A DNA stretch of 64,000 nucleotides from Marsupella aquatica (Eukaryota > Plantae > Marchantiophyta): contig OZ316897.1 of NCBI GenBank assembly GCA_973895155.1, positions 21,108,260 to 21,172,259 on the forward strand. Reading direction: 5' to 3'. Each line of letters starts with the position of its first letter. The first letter of the stretch is position 1. The notes under the pieces are model-generated. The model was not told the DNA's origin and made no database searches. It saw only the letters and a program-made list of their open reading frames with translations. The position numbers were made by a program, and so were the translations under genes. This document shows positions 1 through 12,200 of this stretch, in pieces.

Positions 1-447
1 GTGCGAACCATGATGCAAAACAGAGGTGTTCGGAAGGAGCCAGGACGTAGCTGGATTGAAGTTGATAAGAAGATCCATAAATTTGTTGTAGGGGATAGAT
101 CTCACCCAGAAGCGAAGGAAATATATACTGAGCTCAATAAATTGACTGCAAAACTGAAAGCTGAAGGCTACATTCCGGATACCCGACTTGTGTTGCATGA
201 TATCAATGAGGAGGATAAAGAACTAGCTCTATGCTCTCATAGTGAGAAGTTGGCTATTACTTACGGACTTATGCATATACCCCGCGGAAAGCCCATTCGT
301 GTATGGAAGAACCTTCGGGTCTGTTCAGATTGCCACACTGCAACCAAGTTTATCTCTAAGGTGACTGGACGCGAGATTGTAGCCAGGGATGCCAATCGCT
401 TTCACCATTTTAAGGATGGCATATGTTCTTGTGGCGATTACTGGTGA
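1..447 (+). CDS. 3' end of PLS-class PPR-DYW RNA-editing factor (E2 end plus DYW cytidine deaminase domain); gene runs off the window start
   Basis: PG box (KEPGRSWIEV), HSEKLA, KNLRVCSDCH and C-terminal CSCGDYW-stop. Confidence 0.96.
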   Translation: MRTMMQNRGVRKEPGRSWIEVDKKIHKFVVGDRSHPEAKEIYTELNKLTAKLKAEGYIPDTRLVLHDINEEDKELALCSHSEKLAITYGLMHIPRGKPIRVWKNLRVCSDCHTATKFISKVTGREIVARDANRFHHFKDGICSCGDYW

Positions 448-1165
448 CCACATTGAGAGCTATGTTGCGCAGACAGCAGTGAGTACTGCAGCCCATATAT
501 GTTCAGGTTTCCGTTGTTTGTTTGATGAAAAGCATACATTCAACAAGCATTATTTTCGAGAGGTTTTATTGCAGCCCTCGGCGATGGCAGTTCTATGACA
601 GGAACTTGAGATTATGCAATTTGGCGTTGTAACTAGCCCTTGCCCAGGCTGAAAGACTGCTTCATCCATTCACCATTTTTGTGAGCAACGGGCAGTAAAA
701 GCCATTTCCAATGCTTAAGGTACTCTCGCTGACAAATAATCGGGAATAAAATGGTATGTCACAGTGACTATTGACAAACCACAAATTTCTAGGTTCGTTG
801 GCCAACCTAGAAAAGAAAAGCTATGTGAGTTGCTTCTTGACAGTCAAATCCACAGATATGGGAAATGAAGCTTTTGGCTGGATATAAGTACAAAGAAAAA
901 TTCGATGACCCTTCCGAATTTCCTAGTCAGACTAGGACGCAAGGGTTTTGCAATATGCTCGCCAGTAGTTGCCTTGTCGTGGACATGGGCTTTTCATACT
1001 TTCAATGAAGCCAGGTGAAAACATCCACCGTGCAATTTCTCTGTTCATGTTTCACTCATCATGAATGAAAGTTTTCCTCCAAAAGAGACGGAATGAACAT
1101 ATTGTTATCTACTTGTGTGAGCTTTATTCAGGTGATTGACTACAGGTTTTTGTTCTGTTAAAAGT
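448..1165 (+). repeat. 3' flank homologous to the 3' flank of the PPR-DYW gene at 36324-38807 (38808-39525)
   Basis: Colinear shared blocks, e.g. ttttattgcagcc, ttcatccattcacca, aaaagccatt, ggtactctc, tcatgaatgaaagtttt, gttatctactt. Confidence 0.85.
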
Positions 1166-1839
1166 TTTAGTGTTTTGGGGCTTGAATGCTTTGCCTTTCG
1201 AATTTTGGCACAGTCGCCAATGTTAACCAATTGCTAACAGAGGGTGCTTAAGGGTCTATCTTAAGGGCTCTTCTCAAATTCAATTATTCTGAAATTACAC
1301 TGGGCTACAAGCTTAGGCTTGACTACATAGTATGTGTGATAAGGCCTAATGGATAAGGCCTGATGTTAGGATGTGGTAATTCATAACTTAATTAATGTGG
1401 CAAGCATAAACATCCAAATTTGTAAGGGAAGGTCCATTTTCACCTAGCTTTTGTGGGGTCTAGTATAAACTTACTAGCTTTTGCGGGGCCTCAGAAGCTG
1501 TTAGGTCCATCCAAGATGTATGTGTTTATACAATGTGGTCCATCACCTCATTTTGGCTGCTAATAATGAATTATTTGAAAGATGATTATTATTTTGCATT
1601 TTCATCAGAAAAGTTGCGCAACTAATATTTTGAAGCTCATATGGACACAAACATTGAGTTGGTGCACGGATGGACACACAAAACCCTGATGGACACAAAT
1701 GAAACATTTGAATATACTTGCGTAGCATGTTTAACACTTTTGTTCCAAGATGACATGTAAGCATGCTTTTGACTTGTAATAGAAGGTTTTCATTGGATTC
1801 CTATGGTATTCTGTCCATTTTAACAGAGAAATTCTGGAC

Positions 1840-2690
1840 AAAAGGAAGAGGGGAACAGAATTGAAGGGTGACTGATATTTCTAAATAGGAAGAAGAAAAG
1901 AAAAACAGAGGCAATTTTGAATGATAACGAAAAGACAAAAAGGGTAAAAACAAAGATGGAATGTCAAAGGAGAAGAATGGAGGAATCAATTCCACTCAAA
2001 CACGAGGAGGGGTTTTAGGAGTGACGATAACTAGCAATCGGAAGAAGGAGTGGTAAGTTGGGCAGAGCTATTGCATTTTGACGTGCAATTAACACGTATC
2101 TGGCTATTACATTTTGGTCTGCAATTACCTGGACACCACTAAGGCAAGAGGGCTTCAGAACCGTCTTTGCATGTGACATGGCCTACAAAAATGGTCATAT
2201 AATAAACTGGTGGCACTTTCTGAGTCAACAGAGATTTTTGCATTTATGCTGATCCTAAGGAGCGTTATTGGCAATCAACCTCTACAAGACCAAATCCTTT
2301 CCTCACTGTTAGTCCTATAAACTCCAGTCCTATATCACTGTTAGTCCCCCTACCATTGATGGGCTTTGAGAAGTTTTTCATTTCTGCGCATCCTCCCAAA
2401 TGTTTGCTTCTCATCATATGAGCTCACTGATGCCGCACCGCAATTATCATACGATCCTTTGTGCACAACTTACTACTCCTTGTTCCGATTGCTAGCTATC
2501 ATCACTCCTGAAACCCCTCCTCGTGTTTGCGTGGAATTGATTCCTCCATTCTTCTCCTTTGCCCTTCCATCTTTGTTTTTACACTTTTCTTGTCTTTCCG
2601 TTATCAAGCAAAATTGCCCTCTGTTTTCCTTGTCCTTCTTCCGTTTTAGAGAATATCAGCCGCCCTTCAATTTGTTCCCCTCTTTTAGAA
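1840..2690. repeat. Inverted repeat pair, ~230-bp arms (1840-2065 and 2462-2690) with ~400-bp spacer
   Basis: aaaggagaagaatggaggaatcaattccac..aaacacgaggagggg is the reverse complement of ccccTcctcgtgttt..gtggaattgattcctccattcttctccttt; ELIPPFFSF appears in ORFs on opposite strands. Confidence 0.85.
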
Positions 2691-4594
2691 TTCCTCTTTT
2701 ATGCTCAATGTCTCCTATTTTCCAAGGTCCTCGAGTCCTCCAGGTTCCCAGGATGAAAATCTGCTCCAGTGCCCCAACTTTTGGTAACTGCCCGTACTGT
2801 GAATTGCCTCGTACAGTCAATTTGCATTCTTACTTTGAAACTCTACATGATTTCTGTTCTTACCAAATCTTCTGTTGTTGCTTCCTTAGTTTTTCTGAAC
2901 TCGACTCTATTACTCTGCAAATATCGGTTCTGGTCCACATCCAGATCAAAATCAACAATGAAAATTTTCCTATCTTCTCACCGGTGCCGCCAATTCATTT
3001 CTCATGTTTGTGTGTCAAGCCTTCCCTCGACCTTGCTTTTCCCAATTCCTTCTCCACCACTTTCTAATATTGATATTAAGAATTCTCTAAGCTAAGACTC
3101 CTTTCCGGTATGCTAAACCTTCTTTGTGGAGGTAGTGAATAATTCCTATTGATTTGGTATGTTGCAGAGCGTATTCCGCATAGAAATTAGTTTACGTCAA
3201 GCCTTTGCTGTTTTCTTCTTCAAAGCGAACGAGCAACTGGCCATGTGAAGAACCAGATCAGAGAGGAGCCTTTCCTTTCGGTAGGAAGTCGGAGCTCTGC
3301 TGCTGGCGATGGTGGACTGCACGAGACTGTGGTTGCCGGCACAAGTTTGTAATTTTTCCTTTGACGAGGTATCCCTGGCCCTGGTGGGATGGGTCAATGT
3401 AGGGCCGGAATCGTTGGACCTCGTCGTAGCGGCAGCATGTCCAGTCACCCAACTCTCCAACCCCACCATCCGACAGCTTCAGGTATGAAGAGTGTTCCGT
3501 GGTGCTCTGCCCTGCTTTCTAAATCTCTAACGATGGATCCCTGCTGCTTGCACACAGTCAATGTCCGATTTAAATCTCACTTAGGTCCGATCAATTCTTG
3601 GATTGCATATATGCACACTTCTTCAACTTCGGCGACCATCAATAAGTACGGGATTGACAAGTCCTTCCAAAAAACACGGGAGATGAAGAAAAGGTACTGT
3701 GATGGTCCAGGAAGGGGACCCCAAGTGACTAAATAATCGAAACCTTAGGCACAAGAAGTGTAGACGGATGGCAAGGCAAGGCCCCACCAAATTCTGGTCT
3801 TTTCCTTCCTTTCGATTGGTGTTTTATGGAATCCATTTGGGTGTGGTCCTCCTCCATCACAAAGTTTCTGCTTTCAGGAAGTCTTGGATGCGGCAGAGAC
3901 GAAGCTGCCTCTTACGTTGCGAATTGAGCGGAAGCTGCGAGTCATTGGACAGTATTGGGCAGATGATCAGATGGACGTCCCCGGGGTAGAACGAAGTGGG
4001 AATCGTGGCAGAAGAGAGGAAGGCTACCTTGCAACGTCAGAGGAAACAGGCAGCTTTATGAAACCTTCTGGAGTGTGCTCGGATAGGAGAAGCGGCCAAA
4101 TTGGAGAAAACGATCAAAAATTTGATTCTATGATGAATGTTTGGGCTGTGGTTTCGGCACGTAAATCGAGCACAAAGAGAAATGGCTTGGAGTGGATACC
4201 ATACCTGCGCTCCATTTCTTGGGGAGGTTGCCAATTATTTGTCAAATGTCATGTATGTACTTGGAAAGCCCCAACCTTTTACAGGAGCTTTGTATTTAAA
4301 ACATTATTTGCTGTCATTTTCGAGAGTTTCACACATTGTTAGACTCCACATGTATCATTAGGCAGACTGTTGGCGACTTTTCTTGTTCTATGAAAGAAAA
4401 ACAAATGAACACGGAAGTCAGCACCCATCGAAAGGGAGAAGAATAACGTGAAAATAGTCTCATGATGGTCCAGAAAGGGGAACCTTAGCACAACTCAAAG
4501 AAATCGGACCCTATGTACGTATGAATTTGGTATTCTCTACTCCGAAGCAATGGCTTGTATTCCACCGTACCCCTTGTCCAGATTCCTCTTGTAG

Positions 4595-7500
4595 TGGGGC
4601 AGCAAGCACATTTGCATCCGCCTGCTCATGAGGAACGGGTTCTTTGTTGCAACAGCAGGTAGTCTAGTGCTCTCGTGGGTGGATCTTATTGCTCACAGTT
4701 CCTGGGACATTTTCTGGCAGATCGTCATATATCAACAGTCGGTCTTTGGTAGCCACCATTTTTCGTGTTCACCGTGGACTCCATCTTACGAACTAAGCTC
4801 TCAAAAATCCTTCGGTCAAAAGCAGGAGACATCAGTCAAGAAGCCTCAATGGTTGACAGATGTGGAACAACAAGAGGCTGCAGATATGGTGAGTTTTGAT
4901 TGGCCAAGCTTCTGCCATGGTCCGATCAGCATACAAATATGTTAAGATTGTATCTTCTACGTGTTAAGACAAACAATGGATCGGTTTTGAAATAGTCTAC
5001 TGCGTAGTGTGATTCGTTACGGTGGTGTCGATTCATACAAACGAGCACGGATATTTGTGTTGAATGTTGTCCAGACTTCAAGTTAAATTTTGGTGCTGTG
5101 GACAATTCTGTCCTGGAATTGGATCCAGTTCTTGTGCTAATCACATTAAGAAGCGATGTCTTGTATGCAGGACACGACCATTTTGGAGCTGAATTGTGCA
5201 ACCTATGTGGATGGAATTTTGAAGGATCTCTGGCGTCCTACTGGCTTCTGTGAGGAGCACTCAACAATGTGGTCAATGTAATGTTTGTGTTTAATATCTT
5301 GGGATATCACAGTTCCCTCTCAGATCAGTTCTAGTACCCAGTTTAGATGTGCCTTGTCATTTGGGAGGAGAATTGTGAGTGGTCTGGAGTATGTTTGTCC
5401 ATCTTGGAGCCACTTGTATGAAGTTTTTTTCAGGGATGGAATTGATAGTCATGATACAATTAATTCTTCTTACTAACTGCCGTGCATTCTATCACAGTTT
5501 CTGTGACTACCTTTGGAGCACCATTGCTGCAGTGGTGGCTATATGGGCTGCAATCCTCTATGCTCTTGCTCAGGGGCTTGCGCTGATACTGGCCGTATGG
5601 TTGCCAGCAGTCCCATACTTGGGTAGTCTGCTGCAGAGGAGCATGACGTGGCAAGCAATGCACATCCGCTGCCAGCAGCTAAGGGCGTGGCCTTTTATTC
5701 TGTTGTGGGGAGGTTTGGGGTATATTTCGCAGTCCTATAATGATATGCATGTCCTCTAAAACCCAAGGCAAGAATATTAGGATGCTCTACACTGCACCGT
5801 GTTAAGACTACCAGGGGGATTTATTGAGTTTTAAAGGACATGTCGAAGATTCAAGGAAACAAATTGTTTGTGACTGCTGCACGGACAAGAGTTCCATTCA
5901 TAGAACGCCATTGGCTTGGAGAAAAGTTGCTGGCTGTTTGACGGGAGTCGGTGGAGGGTCTATTTGTGTGTATGGGGGGATGCGGGCGGAGGTTGTAGAA
6001 GTTCATTGATAGAAGATGTTTCTCAGACCGTGAAGTCATTGCAACTAAGTAGTAGGGGACCTTGACAATCATGGCGTCGTGAGCAATTTTCCGAGTTATA
6101 GAAAACAACATTAATGGTTCTTGATTTGTTTTGGGCGCAGACCAGAACAACCAAATGTGGCAATTGCCAATCAAATGGCAACCGTGAGATATTCTACGTG
6201 GTCTGTCCTTGTTATTGACGAGATGGTCGGAGCAATAGCAGGGTTTTTTCTCCTGAAACACTGTGATTTCATCACAAAGTTAGTGGTCCAGACTGGGCAA
6301 ATGCTCACAAATGATGTATTGAGGACTGGCTGTATTTGGCTGATGGGAGTACCTGCTGGATTTAAGCTCAACAATGAACTTGCGGCAGCAATTGGTACTA
6401 TGTCCTTACATGTAATTCAAAGCTGGTCCACCCTGCTCTACACTCTGATCCCAGCAATCAAGATCTTTCTTTACGTTCTGGGGATCAGTAGTTTTTTATT
6501 GGGATTCACCATTCCAGCTGCGATGGTCTCAGACATGGTGTTCTTGTCAACATTTCATATTTCTTGCCTGCATCACACAGTGGCTTTCTTGCACACAAAT
6601 CAGCTGCGAGCCTTAGCCTCTCTTTTGCGTCTGTTCAGGTGATGGAAGCACGAACAAGACGCTGCCATGATCTTTCTATTGAAATGACACTGAGCTAAAA
6701 TTCATAGTGGCTTAAGTTCTCAGTTTATTATCCATTTCACGTCCTGCTTGCCTCATTACTTTGGTATTCTGATCTCAAACACTCGTGTTCTATTGAATAC
6801 TTGCAGAGGTTGGAAACGTAACCCACTGCGGCGAAGACTAGACTCTTTTGAATGTAGTGTGGAGCAGCTAGTTGTTGGCTCTCTCATGTTTACACCACTC
6901 CTCCTGCTTCTCCCGACTACATCGGTTTATTACACTTTTTTCTCTATGATCTTCTTGACTCTATCCAGTGTACAAGTCATGCTTCACTACGTTGTAGCTA
7001 TCTTTCACTGTTTTCCCCTTTCCTTGGTGGCTACTTGGATCATTCGACCCAAACAGTTTCCATCTGGAGTATGGTTTCTGTTTGAAGAACCCATGGTCTG
7101 TGGAGACAGACATCAAGGAGTTCTTCTGTCAACCCTGGGGATTCGGACTGCTAGTTTTGGTACGTTTTCAGTCCCCTTTTCGCACTGCAGTTTTTTCCAT
7201 CCTTTCATATTCTATACCAGCAGACAAAGATACCTTCTGATCCTCGGGCGAAATAGTTCATCCGCCTGTCCACAGCCCCTTGGGTATATGTTCAATTTAG
7301 AATCATTCCATTTCTTTTGAACAGGATATTTGTCCAGATCTAGCCCTCCCACTGTGGTATGTCTTTCCTGCATTTGAACCGCTCGATTGTTCTGACGAGA
7401 TATGTTGGATGAACAGGTGAACTCGTAAAACCATTTCTGAGGACCCTTTGGGTCATGCCTGAATTGTCTTCAGCTGCATCCTTTCTTTACAAGGTGGTCA

Positions 7501-7814
7501 GTGGAGAAAGGTACCGTTAAAGAGAAACCAAATTCTGTGCTGGAAATTCCTTTTTAGAATGATAGCTTGCTGCAGGCCTGTTAATTTTGGACGCATGGAA
7601 GTGCTGTCTTCACCATGAACCTTATATCGTCAGTGTTGTAATTAATATGCTGAGTATAAGCTCGCTGTCCTTACACTTTTGCGACAGGTACCACCTCAAG
7701 CTGCGTTTAGGGCGTATGGCTGCCCTTCCCCATCATCCACTAAGTCTATTGGGCTTTGCTCGGCTGAGCTACTTGGCATTACGGAGGGCTTCTCCGAGCA
7801 TTACAGATTTATGA
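4595..7814 (+). CDS. GPI1: GPI1/PIG-Q N-acetylglucosaminyltransferase component (GPI anchor biosynthesis). Exons approx. ?-4888, 5172-5277, 5497-5720, 6141-6638, 6807-7159, 7417-7510, 7688-7814; 5' end unresolved
   Basis: Gpi1 motifs WLMGVPAGFKLNNELA and LRLFRGWKRNPLRRRLDS..VEQLVVGSLMFTPLLLLLPTT; plant-type GSHHFS..KKPQW..DTTILELNCA; GT-AG junctions keep the frame. Confidence 0.88.
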
Positions 7815-9266
7815 GGGAAATAAGCTGCCATCAGCACAATGTTTGCAGACTAGTGCAGAGCGAGGGTAAAAAGAATCATTCTTCCTGGCAGAACTGACTG
7901 CACAGTTTTCATGTCCCAAGAACAGGTTATTTTCCCTCTCACATTGTCAAGCATGATCAGGAATGAAAAGAAAATTGTCATGGATACAGAAGTCGGAGGA
8001 TTTCTTTGCTCCTTGCCAGTTTCATTCATGTCCAAGTTTGATAAAAAGTTTGGGCAATCGACGTAACTGCAACAGATTGCTTGGAGTTAATAAACGGAGG
8101 GAGTCAATCAATCTAGTACTTGGGTGACTTGTTTTGCAGATTTTCAACGCATCTTGACGCAGAACGACTAAGATCGCAACTTTTTTCGCTCATCCGGATG
8201 AGATTTTGATCCCGTAAAAGGCGTGCATTGACCAGGAAGAAATTTTGTGAGGGAGCCACAAACGTGGTCCTGTGAGGAAACATCGGTAAGAATGACTTGT
8301 GGCCAAGACTAGCGACCACCATGCTAGCATGGATTTGGTACAACCAATTAAATCTAATGAAAGAAAACAGAATTCTGATTACTTATTGCTACAACCTTCG
8401 CCACGCCTTTGTTTACAACATCGATTGTGTGATTTATTTATTCTAATTGAATAAATAAACTCAATCTAAAGGGCACTCCCAAAAGGGAACATCACCCAAC
8501 TCTCCAAGATTCTAGAACCATTGATGCCCAAACCTTTTCCAAAAGTTGTATCTAATCATTAATACAGTACCTTGGTACTATGGTATTTCCGTTTATTCCA
8601 ATTTTAAAACCGTGGATGACGGAATTTGTTGCAGAATTCGTATTGCATTATTAATAATCGTCTGGGTGACATGGTATTTCCATTTCTTAGTTCTGATATT
8701 GGGTGGTTGTATCCGACTGGGATTACGATTATGTGAACGACTTCGGGTCATGTAGTGTGACAAGTCTCGACCGGCTTGCATGAGTGCGCTCCCACTCGGC
8801 ATTTCTCGTCCAGAAGTATCCTATATGCAGCATTTGTGGTATTCGTTGTGTACCAACCAAGGAATAAATTGGCCGACACCTACAGTTACATGCTAAGGAA
8901 CATAGTTGATAAGTGATATTCGTTGAGGTTTCAGCAATACAAGTTTGTTGAGGGAAAGACCCATCAACTTATCAATGTCAAAGAATTTGAAGAAATTTCA
9001 TGTGATAAGAAGTCAGCATGTAAACTGTACGAAACGCATGAGAGCAGAGTGCATAAACTTATTCCCCCACAATTGCACGTAAGTATCCATTCTAGTGAGA
9101 ACCTTTTCGCTTTATAACAGGTTCCAAAATTTCAAGCTTGGTCATTACAGAAAATGATTGACAGAGAACTGCTGGATTTCTAGCCTGAGAATACTAAGCT
9201 AAAAGCTCGAATGACTAGTAAAACTTTGCTTTTCATGCATGCAAAGGTTCTTGAGCAAAACCGAAT

Positions 9267-12200
9267 TTATCGCTTCACAGCTAGCTTGGACGCTAGCCTC
9301 CCCCTAACTGTGTGCAGTGAGAGGCGTCTTCTCTGCTTCTTACCTCGTTTCCCCTTCCTTCCCTTACCACCCAATCGTTGTCTTCGAATTAGAGGATCTG
9401 CCCATCCTCTACCCCACTCCCGAGCTTTTTCTGATGAGATTTTCTTCGGTTCCCTCATGGCCTGAATCATGTCTCCTTCTGGATGTACTAAAAGGAGAGG
9501 TGGATCTCCAGAGTTGTCCCTACTGCTGCTACTGCTACTGTCTACCGTGCGACCGAATTGATTCTGAAACCTTTCCAGGAACTCTAAACCCGTAGGAGTC
9601 AAGTCAGGAAACTTGAGGGTTGGCACAGTCAACTTGTTCACATAAGATCCACTCTGCATGATGAACGAATGGATGAAGACATATACAAGGACTTCCCGCG
9701 GTGGAAGGTACATTCAGACGAAGTAGAACAGCTACAAGTGGATATATTACAGAGCACGTGGGGCAGATATTTGTAGTAAGTCCATGAAAGAAGACTATTT
9801 AGATTGCTACCCAGCCGTAAGAGGACAAAATTGGCAAAAGGGCCGATAGAAAGAGAAGCTACTCACCCAGTCAATGGATTCCTTGACAAAATTAAGGTCA
9901 ACAAGTATCCGCCCAAATCCTCGCCACCAAATCCAGTCTCGATCCAATCCCTACAAGGAAAACACATTAAAAAACAGACGATAAGAAGCGATAGTCTGAG
10001 AAGATATAGAACTGAAAAACGCGGCATTTACAGCTGTTAGACAGTAGTATCCTGCACGCTGAGAAGGTGGAGGGCGGTCCAAAATTTGGAAATACTACTT
10101 TGGAATAGTCTACTCACTGCTTGCAGACAGAACCATGTGTCATGCAAGGTTCCAGACTTACACTTTGATGAAGTTTCTCGGTAGCGTCCCTAAACGAAAT
10201 CCGTTCTCTTCGAGAAGAATGGCCAGAACCTTCACTGCCCCTCTGCTGGATCTGTAGTCACAACGGTTAATCAAGAGTGACTAACAATTCTCCAAAGTCA
10301 TAGCAACAGAGGGTGGAGTGTTGATGCCTTACAAAGCCATCACATATGCGTTTATTTCAAAGCTACAATTTAAAGCTGAACCATGGACAGGTTGGTCGAT
10401 CTAAAAAGCACACGTAAAATAACGCGTCAGTTTCGATTACAGCAGAGGAGAGGAAGTGTTGCAGGCTGGTGCGACGCAATATTGCAAATGACCCTACCTC
10501 GGACTGGGACAATACATATAGCAAGGAAGCTGCTTCTCGTGACAAATCTTCGACAAGAGGAGGTCCTTCCTTGCAAATATCACACCTGTAGACCAGCTTA
10601 TCAGCTTCCCAGAAGATCTATAATATTTCCCAATCCTAAGAGCAGAGCACTGTACAATCTAGCGATCACAGCAAGCGATAAAATTCGGCTAAGCATTGTG
10701 AAAAATTTCATCATGAAATTTACCTACGAACGAAATATACAGTTGGAAGGCGTACTGCAAATGATGAATCCCATAGCATTGAATGGAAATCCTATAAATA
10801 TTAGATAGAATGGGAAGGGGAAAAAAAAACCAATTAGTGGAACTGAATTAAGGGGAGATTTTATGTACGGAGCAAGCAGGCATCTTACATGTGGCATCGG
10901 CCACCTTCAAGGTCTTCTCCAAAGTAGCTTAAAATCATCTTGGCTCTGCAATTTGTACTAGAAATCCCGTACCTGAATATGCCAAGTGGTCAATCAGTTC
11001 GTCTCGAATTTGAATTAAATAAAATTCTTCGAAAAGTTGAGGCTTGTGAAAGAGACTTGTTCATGGTCTATTGTGCAAGAGAAAACCTGTTTGTTGAGAG
11101 ACTAGAAAAACATTTTCAATGTATGGACTCAGAGCTCTTCCTGTTCGGAATCTAAATCTGCATAGGATAGCAAGGAACAAAGGTGCTACAATTTCTCTGA
11201 TCAAAGTGAACGAACTCAATTGAGTTCCAAGAGAGCATGCCTGTAGCAGCGTGACAGCATTGTTAGAGCATGATGAGCTTGCTCAGCATCTCGGCGATTT
11301 GGCAGCAAAGATGGAAGAACTGTCATATCACAGTATAATGCTGCAAAGAAGTCAAATAATCAATACACGTCTCCTAGAATATCAAGCAACAGGGTGACTT
11401 TCTAAGCAACAGTTTGAGACGACACCACTCATTCCCTGGTTGCTTGATGAGAAAGACAACAGAAAAGTACAGAGATTCTGGCAGATTCACGTCCGACTAT
11501 CCCAAGTTCCTGCTTAATTCAGTTCATGATGATGACTTTTCGAGTGTATTCTTTGAGTCGCATCAATGAGTTGTTAAGCTTTCAACGTGCATAAACTGAA
11601 CCCGTTGTCAGACAAAAGAGTATTTTCCACAGGTCGATGATGAAGGGAGCGTCTGTGGCCCTCACTACTATCAGTTATAGGCCCAAACTTATAGAAACTA
11701 GTTCGAGACAAAAGAAGTCGTAGGAGACAAACTTACTACATTCCGAGGGACGTCCATCCCGCCCAGCTCTTCCTGCCTCCTGATAGTAGGCTTCTAGACT
11801 CTGCGTTGCAGGTGGAGTTTTTCCATGAGAAGCTGCTCTCAGATTAATCGTGCAAACATATGATGAACCTGCAATGAACCCTTTCTCAATGCAAGGAGGA
11901 ACCTTGAACCAGAGTTCTTATCATTTCGGACCTAGATTTTGCATTAAATAGCAACCCAGAAACAATATAGACAAACATAGAATGGGAAATTTTACCTGGG
12001 GCCATCCATAGTGAATAACACGCCTAACATTCGGCTTGTCAATACCCATTCCAAATGCAATTGTCGCAACCACAACCTGCAGAACAGAAATGCTTGTCAG
12101 CTTTTGACCTCGCTTGCTCAACGACCTCATCTCGGAACCATATCCATTGACACTAGCACATCTGACAATTGATGCTCACTATGACGCCAGTCATTGTCCT

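Noticed and set aside
2366-3095. Long overlapping ORFs (233 aa and 108 aa)
   Set aside because: Pyrimidine-rich repeat sequence depleted of stops; no protein motif
3100-4340. Several 60-150-aa ORFs on both strands
   Set aside because: No family could be assigned and no consistent splice pattern; probably TE debris
9267-9713. 148-aa ORF present twice in the window, which looks like a novel conserved small gene
   Set aside because: It is the terminal exon of RecQsim plus intron read-through; the second copy belongs to the segmental duplication
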